A DNA stretch of 64,000 nt from Chrysomallon squamiferum. Taxonomy: Eukaryota; Animalia; Mollusca. The DNA lies in NCBI GenBank assembly GCA_012295275.1, contig CM022676.1, positions 10,106,001-10,170,000 of the forward strand, written 5' to 3'. The position numbers were made by a program, and so were the translations under genes. The notes under the pieces are model-generated. The model saw nothing but the letters and a program-made list of their open reading frames with translations, had not been told where the DNA came from and searched no databases. This document shows, in pieces, positions 1 through 28,919 of this stretch (positions within the stretch are counted from its first letter, which is position 1; every line of letters begins with the position of its first letter).

Positions 1-122
1 ATGCTTAAATGCTGTAAAAAAACCACTATAAACATTTTCCTCTCTCTCTCCCTCCCTCTCTTTCTTTCCATCTCATTTACTTTCTCTGTATATCTGTTGT
101 GTGTTTGTATGTGTATGTATGA

Positions 123-542
<420 letters not shown>

Positions 543-994
543 CACGAATTTGGGGACAGGGTGTGGTGTGTGTGTGTGTGTGTGTGTATATGGTTCGAGT
601 ATTTATGGGTACTTCTGTTTTTCATTTATGTTCTTTGATTTTTTTTTAAAAATTTATGTGTCTGTTATTTATTTATTTATTTATTTATTCTAATACTTCA
701 TTTTGTTTTTTGTTTTTTTTTTTTAAGGATAAGTGCAAATATTATCATAACAAAAAAAAAAAAACACCTAACATAAGGTGTTATGAATTATTTTATGACA
801 TTTTATGCGAACCTGGAAAGTGGAGAGACAACATTTTGTGCATTAAAATATTTTGTGCATGTATTTATTTAATTTCAAATCATGCCTGTGTATGTATGAT
901 TTAGCAAAAAAAATAATTACCAATATGATGAACATTTTCATGAGATGGCAAAGGTTATGTGAGTGTATTTGAGAAAGAGAGGGAGAAATAAATA

Positions 995-1065
<71 letters not shown>

Positions 1066-2328
1066 ATAAATTGTGGTACATATGTATATCATTAATTGTA
1101 TTTATATATATTTAAGATAATGTATTTATATTTCTTTCGCTGTGTATAAATTTGAGAGATTGATAACCATCTTCACTGATAATGAATTATAAATACTTAA
1201 TGTCTCAAGATAATGTGTTCAAATCAGTGATACTCAGTCTTGTGTAGATAACAACCTCGGATCAGATTAATAACTTTAAAACGGTCTGATTTTGCTTGTA
1301 AATTCTCCTCCTTTTGTGTCTACTTCTGTCATTGTCCTGATTTTTATGATTCCTGTTACTCGTTAGGTTTTGGTTTGTTTAGTTTCTTTTGAGGGTGTTT
1401 TATTTATTTGTCTGGATTTTTTTTTTTGTTTTTTTTTTTTTTAATTTTATTTCTTTATTTTTACAATTTTTTTTATTGGAATACATTTTACAAAATCGAA
1501 AGGAAAACTGATCACCATCTTGTTTAAAGTCTTTAAACATTGAAAATCTTAAACACAGGAACAGCTCTGATATAAATTACAGGTAATTTTGCTTGCGTGG
1601 TGATGAAATCAGCTAATTAAAAATATTTATTTTATATTATTTTTAATATGTGCAATTCCATACAGTCCTTAACACATTAACAAGAGTTACTTCCCTTTGA
1701 CGAATTAATATTTTCATTAGGCTGAATTTCTCTCTTGAATAATCTGTCACATAACTGGGTTGTCTTGTCATGAATAATCAAATTTTATCATACTTCTGTT
1801 TGACAGAGTATGTTGTTTGTTTTGCCATTGTTGAAAAAAGCTAGTGTAACTAGAGTGGTCTTTCTTGAACACCTTATCACTGGCATAGGTATGAATTTCC
1901 TTTTCAACAATCAAAACTTAACAAAATCTTAAGTTAACTTTCTTGAATACTTTAACATTTTGTGAGTTATCTCTATTTAACAGTCTAAGCTTACCAGCAT
2001 CTGGCTTGTCTTTCTGGAACATTTTAATACTGTCATATTTATGAGTTGTCTCTTTGACAATGTAAACTTAAATCACCACCAGATGTCGCTCTTTGACAAT
2101 TTAAATTTACTTTGCCTCAGACTAATTTTGATCTCAGATCAGTTTTCTGTCTTCAGTTTTGTATCAGTTTCACAGGAATGTTTCACAATTTTTTTGCATG
2201 ACAGTTAATATAAATTTGAAATTTCCTGAACCTCCATATTTGATGTACAAAAATTTTTTTGCCAAGATAGTACAGTTTAAGGTTCTGTTTCTGAATTTAA
2301 GTTTTAATAATAAAATTTATTATTATTA

Positions 2329-2360
<32 letters not shown>

Positions 2361-5334
2361 GTTATTATTGTTATTGTTATTACACTAATTTTTTTTATTT
2401 TTATTTTTTTTAAATTTATTATTATCATTATTACTGTTATTTAAGAACTTGTTATGTATATGTAAGAATAAGAACACTTATACTGTTGGATAGTGCCAGC
2501 AATATTTCTCTGTTTTGTAACAAATGTTGGGTAACTGCCATGTTATATTATAAAATATTAACTGTGTTATTTATCACGTCATTGATTTTAGGTTATGAAT
2601 GTTGTTAATTATGTACATATATCTAAATCTTTACCATTGTTAATTAGACGTGATTGTGTTATTAAAAACCTATCATGGGATTTTTCCATTGTTAGTGAAA
2701 AAATATATATCTTGCCTACAGATAAACACATATTGCTTATTTATTATGTATATGTCAACATGTATATATAATATATACATGAGATTTATCATAAAACACA
2801 CACACACACATGTAGGATCTTTAGTTCAATTTATGTGGGACAAGAAATACAAAAATTTAACACATTCTAACACATCAGTTGTGCAATGATATTATTTGGG
2901 TTTATAAACAGTTATATCGGCTTTATAAGGTCATATCTATATCTATCTATATATATGTGGGAAATCCTTGCAGTTTAATTTATGCTTCAGTAATACATTA
3001 GATATATCTATCTTATTTAGTATTTAGGCAGTGATATTTTTTTTAACATGCATTTTGACAAATTTATCATAACATATGGTTAGTAATACTAGAATATTAT
3101 GGAAAATAGTGCACACACACACATACACACATATATATTTTTTTATTCAAGCAAATTATAGTGTGAAAACAAAACCTGAAAACACTTTGATAAAAATGTT
3201 ATTTTCAAATAAAACACGCAATGAACTTAGAATAATAATTTTTAATATATCTTTTCCCAAAGGTTGTGACTTAAATTTTTACAATTTAAAAAGAAAACCA
3301 CAGTGAAATATCCATGTCATATCACTTGCACAACTATTTTATTTTATTTTATATTTTATGGAAATACAATTTAAAAACTTGTAACTGTTTCTGGTATACC
3401 CACCGATTTAATATTTAAAATATTGTTTTTGCATTTTAATTAGTTAACTTTTAATTGTTAACATGAAAGAGAAAAATGAAGACACATAAACAGGTAACAC
3501 ATTATTGTTTTTGTTTTTTCACACACACATACTAATATAATAATCTATTTATTTATTTTATTTTTTATTATCCCTTAACATTAACGAGATACTATTTATT
3601 ACCATGTTCAATCCAGGTATCTCTTTCACCTTATCAAATTAAAAATCTATGAATATCAGCGCAGATTTAAAATTATTATAAACTCCCCCACACTTATTTC
3701 ATTAATTTGTATTATAACTTTTTAATTATTATTATTGATATTTTAACAAGCCCATCATTATAGCCAAATATGTTGAAGAGAAAAAAGGTCAAAGATCCTT
3801 TTATCTGTTATTTTATTTTGTATATAATATGCAAAATATTCTGACCAGTATGTCACTTAATTACATTGTAATTAGAAATATTTAAAAATTATGTGTTTAT
3901 TGTAAAATTATTATATTTTATGTGTTTGCAATAAAGGCATCCATGAGGTATCTTTTTTGCTTATTGTACGATTTATTTTAAGTCAAAACAGAAATTTAAT
4001 CAAACTGCTCCGTTGTAGCATTTCTTGAAATTTATCCTGTGATCGTTTGAAATGAAATATTACTATTCAATCAATACTGAGATCCCAAATCTCAGTTACT
4101 AATTCCTTAATTTAGACTCGAATATTAATCACGAAAATACAATGATTAAATTCTTTATGTCAGAAGTTAACACTACATTATAACAAAGCTTATGCAGAAG
4201 TTCTACATCAGAACATCACTATGAAACTTTCAAGATGAAACGAGTTTTATTAAGCAAAAAAAACGAAAGAAAAAAGAAAAACGAAACACTGACAATTTTA
4301 AAAATCATGACTGAATTCTGAAGCCACTCCAACAACCTTTGATGACCGATTATTGTTTTCCTATAATAAGATCTATATCGTATTGCGTTATTTCGTTCTG
4401 AAAATATTGATTTTAAATTCTTATAACAAATAACACAAATGAATAGTATCCAACGCTGAAAGAACCTATACATTATTTTGTGTACTGTAATTTACAAAAA
4501 AAAAAAAAAAAAATCAACCGTTAGAGATTCCCGGATGTTTCCATAAAAATTACATTCAGACTTTTATACTCTCTAACCGAAATATGCGCAAGAATCTAGA
4601 TTCCTTGGTAATTAAGAAAAAATATAACTGATGATAGCTTTTGCTTAATTAAAAACAGATTATTATTATTATTATTATTATATTAATTCTCCTCTTGTGC
4701 CTAAGATTAATTTATATCGAACAGTTAAAAGTAAATTTTTAGGTCGCACTGAGTTTTGTTGTTCGTGTAAATGTCTAAATCAGTAGTTCTCAAAGGGTGT
4801 GCATACTTAGGTGTGCTCCACGAAATTGTAGGATCTAGGTAGATATTTGTGATAATAAAAAATTGATTATGTTAAGAGCGGAAAGATACCCAGTAAGAAA
4901 TAGTCGGTTGCCCGGAAGAAGATTTTATACACTTAAACTTGTTTGAAATGAGTTTTTGCTGAAGAAGACTGCGCAGTAGTTTACCAGTGACAGTATGAGT
5001 GATAGGGTGTGCAAGTGTGATAAACAGCCAAAGTTTTCTTGTGACACATATTCCTATCACTGACACAGTCACTACCCATCTAAAACTTTAATACTTTATG
5101 GAATTTTAGCCTATTTTAGTGTTACATTTGTTAAAAACAAACGAATAATAAAAGATTTCCCTCACTGCACAATGCACACCATTAAAAATATAGCCTTTGT
5201 ACAGTTTTTTGACATTTTAACAGTCCATTGCTTTGTACTTCATATTATGATATTTTTGAAGAAATTGCCAAGACATGTGATGCTCATACTTCTCATCAGC
5301 ACAAAATAGATGATAAATTAAGGTATATACTCAA

Positions 5335-5553
5335 ACAAGGGCGGAGACTCTACATATATCAGTGAACATCTCTCACACAAGGGCGGTAACTCTAATTATA
5401 TCAGTGAACATCTCACACAAAGCGGTAATTCTAAATATATCGGTGAACATCTCTCACACAAGGGCGGTAACTCTAAATACATCGGTGAACATCTCTCACA
5501 CAAGGGCGGTAACTCTAAATTTATCAGTGAACATCTCACATAAGGGCGGTAAC
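5335..5553. repeat. ~42-bp minisatellite, about 5 copies
   Basis: Unit ACAAGGGCGGTAACTCTAAATATATCRGTGAACATCTCTCAC; explains ORF 5362-5631. Confidence 0.9.
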
Positions 5554-5874
5554 TCTGTAATTCCAGCCGAAGCCGTTAAAATAATTTCTAAGCTGCGAAC
5601 ATCTGTCCATGAAAAGATGGAGAAACCCTAACCCTGTACACTTTACAAAATCTATTTATTTGTTTACATTCTCTTGTATTTTATTTTTATACAGTAGTTG
5701 TCGTACATACATACATTTTTCTTATTTAAAAACACGCTATAAAATTGGGGTGGTTTCTAGGATCTGGAACGGATTAATGGTATTTCAATTAATTTCATTT
5801 GGGAAAATTGATTTGAGATACGAACAAATTTGAGTTACGAGCTCGGTCACGGAACGAATTAAACCCGTAGGTCA
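5554..5874. mobile_element. Fragment of the same DNA element as 43023-43701 (inverted)
   Basis: GGAACGGATTAATGGTATTTCAATTAATTTCATTTGGGAAAATTGATTTGAGATACG...GAGCTCGGTCACGGAACGAATTAAAC is a near-exact reverse complement of 43031-43127. Confidence 0.75.
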
Positions 5875-6097
5875 ACAGAGAGAGAGAGAAATAATTATTT
5901 AGTTTAAAAATGAGTTAATGCAGTTTTTTAATAAAATAAATTTATACACTACTTTAATAAATTAATGAAAATCGGTATAAAATTAATAATGAAATTTCTG
6001 AAGTATCTGCGTGTGTGAAATAATTGTTAAGTTTTTAAGTCGATAGCAACTAAATATAGGCTTTAAGGTTATTGTAACTGTATTTAGTAGGATTCAT

Positions 6098-6124
6098 TTA
6101 CCGCGAAAGTACTCGGAAGTGACG
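6098..6124 (+). promoter_or_regulatory. Candidate promoter module of gene A (E2F-like + ETS + half-CRE)
   Basis: TTACCGCGAAAGTACTCGGAAGTGACG, a CpG-containing patch in very AT-rich DNA. It lies just upstream of a probable non-coding exon with a donor near 6257; the next acceptor ends at 6705. Confidence 0.4.
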
Positions 6125-6768
6125 AAAAAATATGGAATTACTGAAACGAAATTCGAATCATTATTTTTAATTATTTTTCACACGGTAACGTACTTAAAGT
6201 CTAATCAGTTAAAGATTTTGACATCGTCATATCGCTATAAATGAAAGAATTACAAGGTAGAATTTTTTTGTTTCTACAAAATATATAGATTTAAAAAATT
6301 ATAATAATGATACTATAAGCGATATTCCCGCCCTTTATCGATATAGCTTATTCATTGAAGGAGATGAATTTATAAATGAAACAAATAATAATGTAATATG
6401 ATAATTTTAAAAATAATAATAATTAGCCTTATATTCCATATATTTATAACTGATGTACTTTGATAATTATTATGATTGTTTTTCCAGTGAATATTTCACA
6501 ACAAATTAAAGTATAATAAAAAAATAAAATTTTAATCGATGATGGCTGGCATTTCTATCTTCTTTTCTTTTTTCTTTTTTCTTCTTCTTCTTAATTAATT
6601 AATTAACTTACTTATTTAGTTAGTTATTTATTTATATTTTTAACTTTTTTTTTTCTTCTCACAATGGCATTAAGAAAACAGTTCTTTCTTTTTCTCCTTC
6701 CTCAGAAGACTAACATAGCAAATGTATTAGGCAGTATAAACAAAAACAAAAGACAATAACCCGTTAAT

Positions 6769-14269
<7,501 letters not shown>

Positions 14270-14356
14270 ATATATTTTTGTGTTTATAAGACTGTTGAAT
14301 GTAAGAATAATTTGTTTTTCTTCTTCTTCTTCTTATTATTATTATTACTATTGTTA

Positions 14357-14397
<41 letters not shown>

Positions 14398-14401
14398 GTT
14401 A

Positions 14402-14438
<37 letters not shown>

Positions 14439-14529
14439 TATTATTGTAATTACTGTTATTATTATTATTATTATTATTGTTATTACTTTATTATTATTCT
14501 ATTATTATTCTATTCTTCTTCTTTTTCTT

Positions 14530-14560
<31 letters not shown>

Positions 14561-14982
14561 TTATTATTATTATTGTTGTTATTCTAAAATAATTATTACT
14601 ATTATTATACACATATACACATAGATGCACATGTGTTAACACATAAAAACATGCTCCACAAACACACACAAACATACACATATAAAAACGTTCACTGACA
14701 GACAAAAAATATTTAAATGCTGCTTTTTCTATGGGTTTTTTCCTGGTTTTTTCCAGAAACTTGTTTAAAACATTTGATAAAGGTGATGCTGAAGGGGGCA
14801 GTAGACCACTTGAAGTTTTTGTTTGAGGTAAATACTTTAATAATTAATAATTGTCTACATGTGTTATAATGCATTCAATACAGTAATGTGTGTGTGTGTG
14901 TGTACATATATATATATATGTGTATGTATGTATTATGTATATGCGTATGTATGTTATCTGTCTATATAAATATATATAACAT

Positions 14983-15041
<59 letters not shown>

Positions 15042-17919
15042 TCAATTTCATTATTATTATTTATACTCATAAATGATAATTTATATAGCTGTAGGAAATT
15101 AAATAACAATGATCACTATGCAAAAACAATTAAATTTCTAGTCTTTGAAGGCACATAAAGTGAAAAAAAACACAAAACAATATGAAGTAAATTATTTTCT
15201 TTGTTTCATATAAAAAGAGAAAATAAAAAGTCTGTGTTTTACAAATACATTTGTATGATTATTAAAATGCACTATTGTGGTATATAAAAAGCAGTCAAAA
15301 TGTATTTTGCTTGTTTCCAGTATATGTTTCTTTTGTTTGTTGTTACTGTCCAATCTTTATTAATAATGAAGTACAGTTCAAAAACATTTGGTACTGACAT
15401 GTTTTATGAAGAATTAGTCTTAAATATATTCAGCATTCTTCTAAATCATGTTTTGTTTTTTGCTGTCCAATCTTTTGCTGTTAATTCATTTTTGTTTAGA
15501 TTTTTGTCATCTGATCTGTGTGACCTTTACATGAGAGGACCACTGGAGTAGCAGTATTTCAAGATTTAATTACTCACAGTAAACTTGTGAATGTAATTAA
15601 TGAATACTCTTAAGTAGATCAAAGTCTGATTATCCATTTAATTACGTTTCTGATTAAAAAGATATAATTTTCTTCAAAATGGTGGTTTATTATATTAATA
15701 ATTTTGTTCTTACAAAAGTAATTAAATGTACATTTTAATTAGATTTGAAATTCATTACCAGTTTATAAAAAGCTTTGAATGAGAATTACTGAATGTTATT
15801 GTTAATTTTTTTGTTGTTGTTTTTTTGTTTGTTTTGTTTTTGGTAATTTCAATACAAATGTTAATAATATATATTTTAATTGTTTTCCGTACAGAACCAT
15901 AATTATATTTTAATTAACTTTGAATGAAATTTTATATACTGATTATATACAGGTGTATTGTTCTATTAATTTTTAATGTATACCAAAAACATAATTTTTT
16001 TTTATTATTTTCAATAATGATAATCAGTTTTGAATGAAACCATGTTCTGTCAATTTGTATACTGGATTCAAATGTAACAGTACTAATTAATATTTTTATC
16101 TTCAAAATGAAGTGATATCTTAGCCATATTTTAAATGTTTTTTACTTAACAGTGCACTTGTGTGTGTATGTATGTGTGTATGTGTGTACGTGCGTGTATG
16201 CATGTTGAACTATAGTGTTAACATGAAAACAGATTTATTTATATATATATGTGACTATAATTTTAATTGCATTACATTTATTTGTTTAGTTTAAATTATT
16301 TTCAGTGAAAAGATTTATTTAACTAGTGTTTTCATTTAACTTTTACAGTAAACAGGTATTTCATTTAAAACATAACTAAAATAATTATATACAATTTACC
16401 TCAGACAATAATATTTTGTAATGAATAATTACGTATTTTACTTATCAACTAAAATATGTTAATAATCAATTACCTTTGAAGGTAACCAGTATATTCATTA
16501 TGTCAGATATTTTCTAATTAGGAAAACTAAAAAGTAATTTAATTAAATTATATTTGCACCCAAGAATTAATAAAATAATTATGATATAAGTTAATTTAGG
16601 GTGTCATAATTAATTATGTAATTCTCTTGCATTTAAATATAACCATGTGTATATATAATTGTTTTTTCATTTGCTACAAGTAAAAAAACTACAAACTTCA
16701 GTGATAATTAATACTGCATGGAATTAATTCATTTTACTGATCAGTTCCAGAAAAATGTGCAGTATTAATTTGTTTCTTATTCTTATTTTCAGATTAAATA
16801 AAAAAAGGCTATGATATTTACAAATTTATAAATTTTAAAAGCTTATTTTGAAATGTGACTGAAAAGAGTGTCCTTTAATTTATTTTTTGTTTTGTTTTCT
16901 AATTTGAGTAAAAATTGTATTTTCTTATTTTGAGGTTTCACTAAAAAGGGTATATAAATAATATTTCTAAAGACTGCAGGAACATTTTTTCTTTCTTTAT
17001 TCCTTTATTTTTTTTTTTTTTTTGAACATCATGAATTTATAATTCTAGATACACTTTTGAAAACCTTTCTAAAACCCAAATTGAAGAAATTAATCAAATT
17101 TTTCAGTATTTATCATGGTCACACACACACACACACACAAATGTGCATGTGCACACGCACACAGACATGTATCTTACAACTATAGACATCTTTGTAATTG
17201 CACGTGCATTGAAGATAGAAAAGGCATCAAAAGGAAGTTTAAGAATAAGGAACATGAGCATTTGCATAACTGAACAGTCCCACCCAAAATGTTGACCCCA
17301 GATTCAATGCAGAGGGTCATGATAATGTATCTTGTAATCTTTTTTATAATCAGTTATTTTGAAGTTGAATTTATGTTATGTTAATTAGTTTAAAAATATC
17401 AATAGTTTAACAATAATACTTTTAATCAGAAAAAAAATCTTAATTATGTTTTTACTTTGATTACAAGCATTGATAGTTCAACAATAAAAAAAGTTTGATT
17501 ATAATTTGCAACAATAATCTTAATTAAGTTTTTGATTAGATTAAAAGCATTTAGCGTTATTTTAACAATAAAAATTAGAATTAGAATTTACAATAATAAT
17601 CTTAATTATGTTTACTATTATTTTATTTTTTTTAAATGTATTAGCTTTGAACATAGCTAATGTTTAACTGTATTTTTGTTAATATTTGTAACCTTCAACA
17701 GTTAGCTCTATATCATCATGTTATTCTTATATGTTTAAAAGTTAATCATTATTTTCATATTTTATTGAATTTTACATTGTACATCATGCAAATTTTAAGA
17801 AATAAAGAATTTTTTTAGACCATTTGTTTTATGTGTAATTTGTTTTTATTGTGTGTTTAAATATGTATGAAAATGTTGGTATGTTCATATACACAGACAG
17901 ACATACAGATACAGATGTA

Positions 17920-17961
<42 letters not shown>

Positions 17962-18670
17962 TGTACTTAAATATGCGATTCAGAAGAGTTTTCAGAATCA
18001 TTAATATAAATTAATTCTTAAAAATTCAGTTCATACAGACATCTCACTTTTATCGGAGAGCATCTCCCTCTCATATATGTATATATGGCCATAACAAGAC
18101 TTTTTTAAATGAGGCAAAAACACTTATTCACTTTAAAAAAAATGGGTCAGAGGTCTGGGCTCAAATCTCCGACTTGAAAGATGCAAAAGCCTCGATTCTA
18201 GCCATTTATATTTTAATTTTTTTTTAAATAAAATCCTTGTATAAGAAAAAATAAATAATCGTTAATTTCGATATGAGGCATTTCCTCAGTATAGTTAAGG
18301 CCAATAAATAAATAAATAGGTATGTATGTATGTATAAATCTCACATATTGAGCATGAAAACTGAATTATTTGTTTACTCAACAAAATATTTATCTTAAAA
18401 TCGCATGTTGTTTTCGCCATTACCCGAGTTCTTAATGTCCGTATTAGCGTTTGTAACCAGCTGACGTGCACCACTTCCAAATCTAGAAGTTCATCCGGTT
18501 TTTTTTTTTTCTTTTTTTTTGGTTTTTTTTTTGAGAACTTAACAAGAAACGATATAAATTGGTTACCATGTATTTAATTTTATTTGTGCAAAATGTTATA
18601 AAAATTTATCGCATTGCAACAGTTTACTAATAACGTTTGTGTGCGTGTGTGCTCGCGTGTTCATGATTAT

Positions 18671-18708
<38 letters not shown>

Positions 18709-18799
18709 TGTATTTTAATTGCCTGTTATTTCGCATTTAAGTTTTTCGAGTGATTCGTTAATTAGTTCCTTAAAAATATGTCAACACAATATTAACCAC

Positions 18800-18823
18800 T
18801 TTCCCGCCATTAATGTGACGTCA
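18800..18823 (+). promoter_or_regulatory. Candidate promoter module of gene B (E2F site + CRE)
   Basis: TTTCCCGCCA-ttaatg-TGACGTCA, about 1.2 kb upstream of the ATG. A donor-like gcg|gtaaat follows near 18864. Confidence 0.5.
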
Positions 18824-19985
18824 TTGTGACATGTGCCAAAAATGCGAAAAACTAATTATATGCGGTAAATTTATTCTTATACTATTATTATAAGAGCTGT
18901 TAGTTAGTAAACATAACATTTATTAGTTTATTGTTTAATGTGAATGTGAATTCGGTAACAATTAAACTTACTGTTAGAGCTTTTGATTATAATTCTTCAC
19001 AAATAAATGTACCAAATTAACAAGAATTACTTCCCTTCCTAGATCCATTTGGTATGTTCTAAAATGGTTACATTTAATTTCACCACGAACTGCTGCATTC
19101 AGTTCTATTTATTTATGTAATTTATGATGAGGTATTATCAAATACATATACTAAGACCTGCAGCCCTGAAATCTGTCAAATAATAATAATGAATAACTAC
19201 ACCGGAATATCCATATTTATCGCTTCTCAATATTTCGGTATCTTTATTAGTTACATTTTTTTTTTTTTTTTTTTTTAGAATCTCTAAGTAAGCTTCCGTA
19301 TGTAATGAATTTAAAAATAATCCTATAATCTATCAGACATATATTCTTGAAAACCCATATTAATTTCAACACAACTTCATTGTTTAATCATGTTTATTAG
19401 TTTATTTATTTATTTATTTATTTAGGATTTTCAAGAAAGACTAAATATATACATACTTTAAAAATAGAGAAACTGTTAAATGATGAAACCAGTCAAATTA
19501 ACATCATCCTTTTTGTATTAAACTTCATTTTTATTTTCTTAGAAAACTTAGAAGTTAAAGATAAGAAAAAATCTTTGATCAAGAAATCATCCATAATGAC
19601 TGTGTGTGTGTGTCTGTGTGTTTAATTTTTTTTTTTTTACAGACATTTAAGAGTATATATTTACAGAAATATTGTGATCAAGAAATGAACCATAACATGA
19701 TTTCTATTTAAATTCTTTTTTTTTTTAACTTATAGAATTTCAAAAACATATATTTATAGATATATTAAAAATAAGAGAAATTCTTTATTATTTTAAAACA
19801 TATGTTAATACAGAATTTAAAACAAAGAAAAATTCCATGATCAAGAAATCATTATTTAACTTCCTTTTTTGTTTTTTTTTAATTAATTTTTCAGAAACTT
19901 AAAATAAACCAAGATCTTCAAACCACCAAAAAAAAAAAAAAAAAAAAAAAAATCTGATTTCACTGACATAAACCAACTTAACGCC

Positions 19986-27282
<7,297 letters not shown>

Positions 27283-27640
27283 TAGATAGCATTTATACTC
27301 TATACTTAATAGATAGCATGTATAGTCTAAACTTAATAGATAGCATGTATACTCTATACTTAATAGATGGCATGTATATTCTATACTTAATAGATAGCAT
27401 TTATATTCTATACTTAACAGATAGCATTTATATTCAACACTTAACAGATAGCATTTATACTCTATACTTAACAGATAGCATTTATTTTCTATACTTAAAA
27501 GATAACATCTATATTCTATACTTAATAGATAGCATCTATATTCTATACTTAATAGACAGCATGTATATTCTTATCTTAATAGATAGCATGTATATTATAT
27601 ACTTAACAGACAGCACATATATATATTCTATACTTAATAT
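27283..27640. repeat. 27-bp minisatellite starting at the gene B stop codon (3'UTR)
   Basis: Unit AATAGATAGCATKTATATTCTATACTT, about 13 copies; explains ORF 27318-27707. Confidence 0.9.
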
Positions 27641-28857
27641 TTCAAATGTTTGCAAAAATAATTTTATTATTATTATTATTAATTATTTTGTTTTTTCTTT
27701 ACTGTAGAATAAAAAAAGTCATATCTATAATTGTAATTAATTTAAAATTTGGTGTTCAGTGTGGAAAAAAAAAAAAATTTGGATATTTTAATTTATAATG
27801 ACCTGTTTAAGATTAGACAAAAATTGATGAGAATATAGATATATTTTTTTAATAATTACTGTACACATAATTGATACATACACTGTACACTTGATGGTAT
27901 TTAAATCTATTTATAAGCCTAATTATGTTTAATAAACTAATGAAATATAAGATGCACTTATCTTTTTGCAGTTTAGTAAATTATGTGATAACTGACATTT
28001 TTGTAACTGGATATTTTGCTATGACAACCATTGTCAGTTAACAATTAGTAATTATAATAATAATTAGATTAGAAACTGTTAAATAAGAGAAAAAAAATCA
28101 ATGGTATTGACTTAATATGCTTTTACATATGTTGATATTTTTAAAATTTAATAGTTTGACATGTTTCAAGATTCATTCTCTTTTGAAAATGTTCAGTTAG
28201 TTATATCAATACATTAATCTAATTTTTTATTTTTGTGAATTTTTAATCTTATCAGTGATAAGTTTTTGGGTTTCTAAATAATGCACTATTAAATTATTTT
28301 ATATTATTTCAAACTTGAATAATGTTAAGCTTGAAAATTATTGTTGCAAACCTTTTTTGTTTGCAAATAAATGAAAGCAAAACATTTGACTGAAATTATT
28401 TTTCAATACAGTATTATTAATGTAATTCTTGTTGGTTTTTTTTTGTTTTTTTTAATCATGTTTATATTAAGTTGTTAAGTTTCTAAATAATGAACAATTA
28501 AATTATTTTATTTATTTATTTCATACTAATATTGAATAATGTTAAACTTGAAAATTATTGTTCTAAACCATTTTTGTTTGCAAATAAATGAATACAAAAC
28601 CTATGACTGGAATTATTTTACATTATTTTAATTGTGTAGTTTTTGTATGCTTTTATATTTGTTTTGATAATTGTAAAAGGTTGCTAGTTTTGTCAAAGAC
28701 ATTAATTAAACTATTTATTATCAAGACAAGGAGCATGCTTTGTATAAAGCCCAATTTTCACTTTTGCTGCAACTTGTTTCTGTGAGGTTAATTTTAATTT
28801 TTGGCATAGTTTCATCAAATATTGTAAAAGAATGTCAGTTTTTTCAGACATAAATAA

Positions 28858-28919
<62 letters not shown>

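Noticed and set aside
4781-5100. hAT/Charlie-like MITE starting CAGTAGTTCTCAAA
   Set aside because: Only one terminus-like motif; no matching TIR or TSD was found.
27318-27707. 129-aa YLIDSIY repeat ORF
   Set aside because: It is a 27-bp minisatellite directly after the gene B stop codon.
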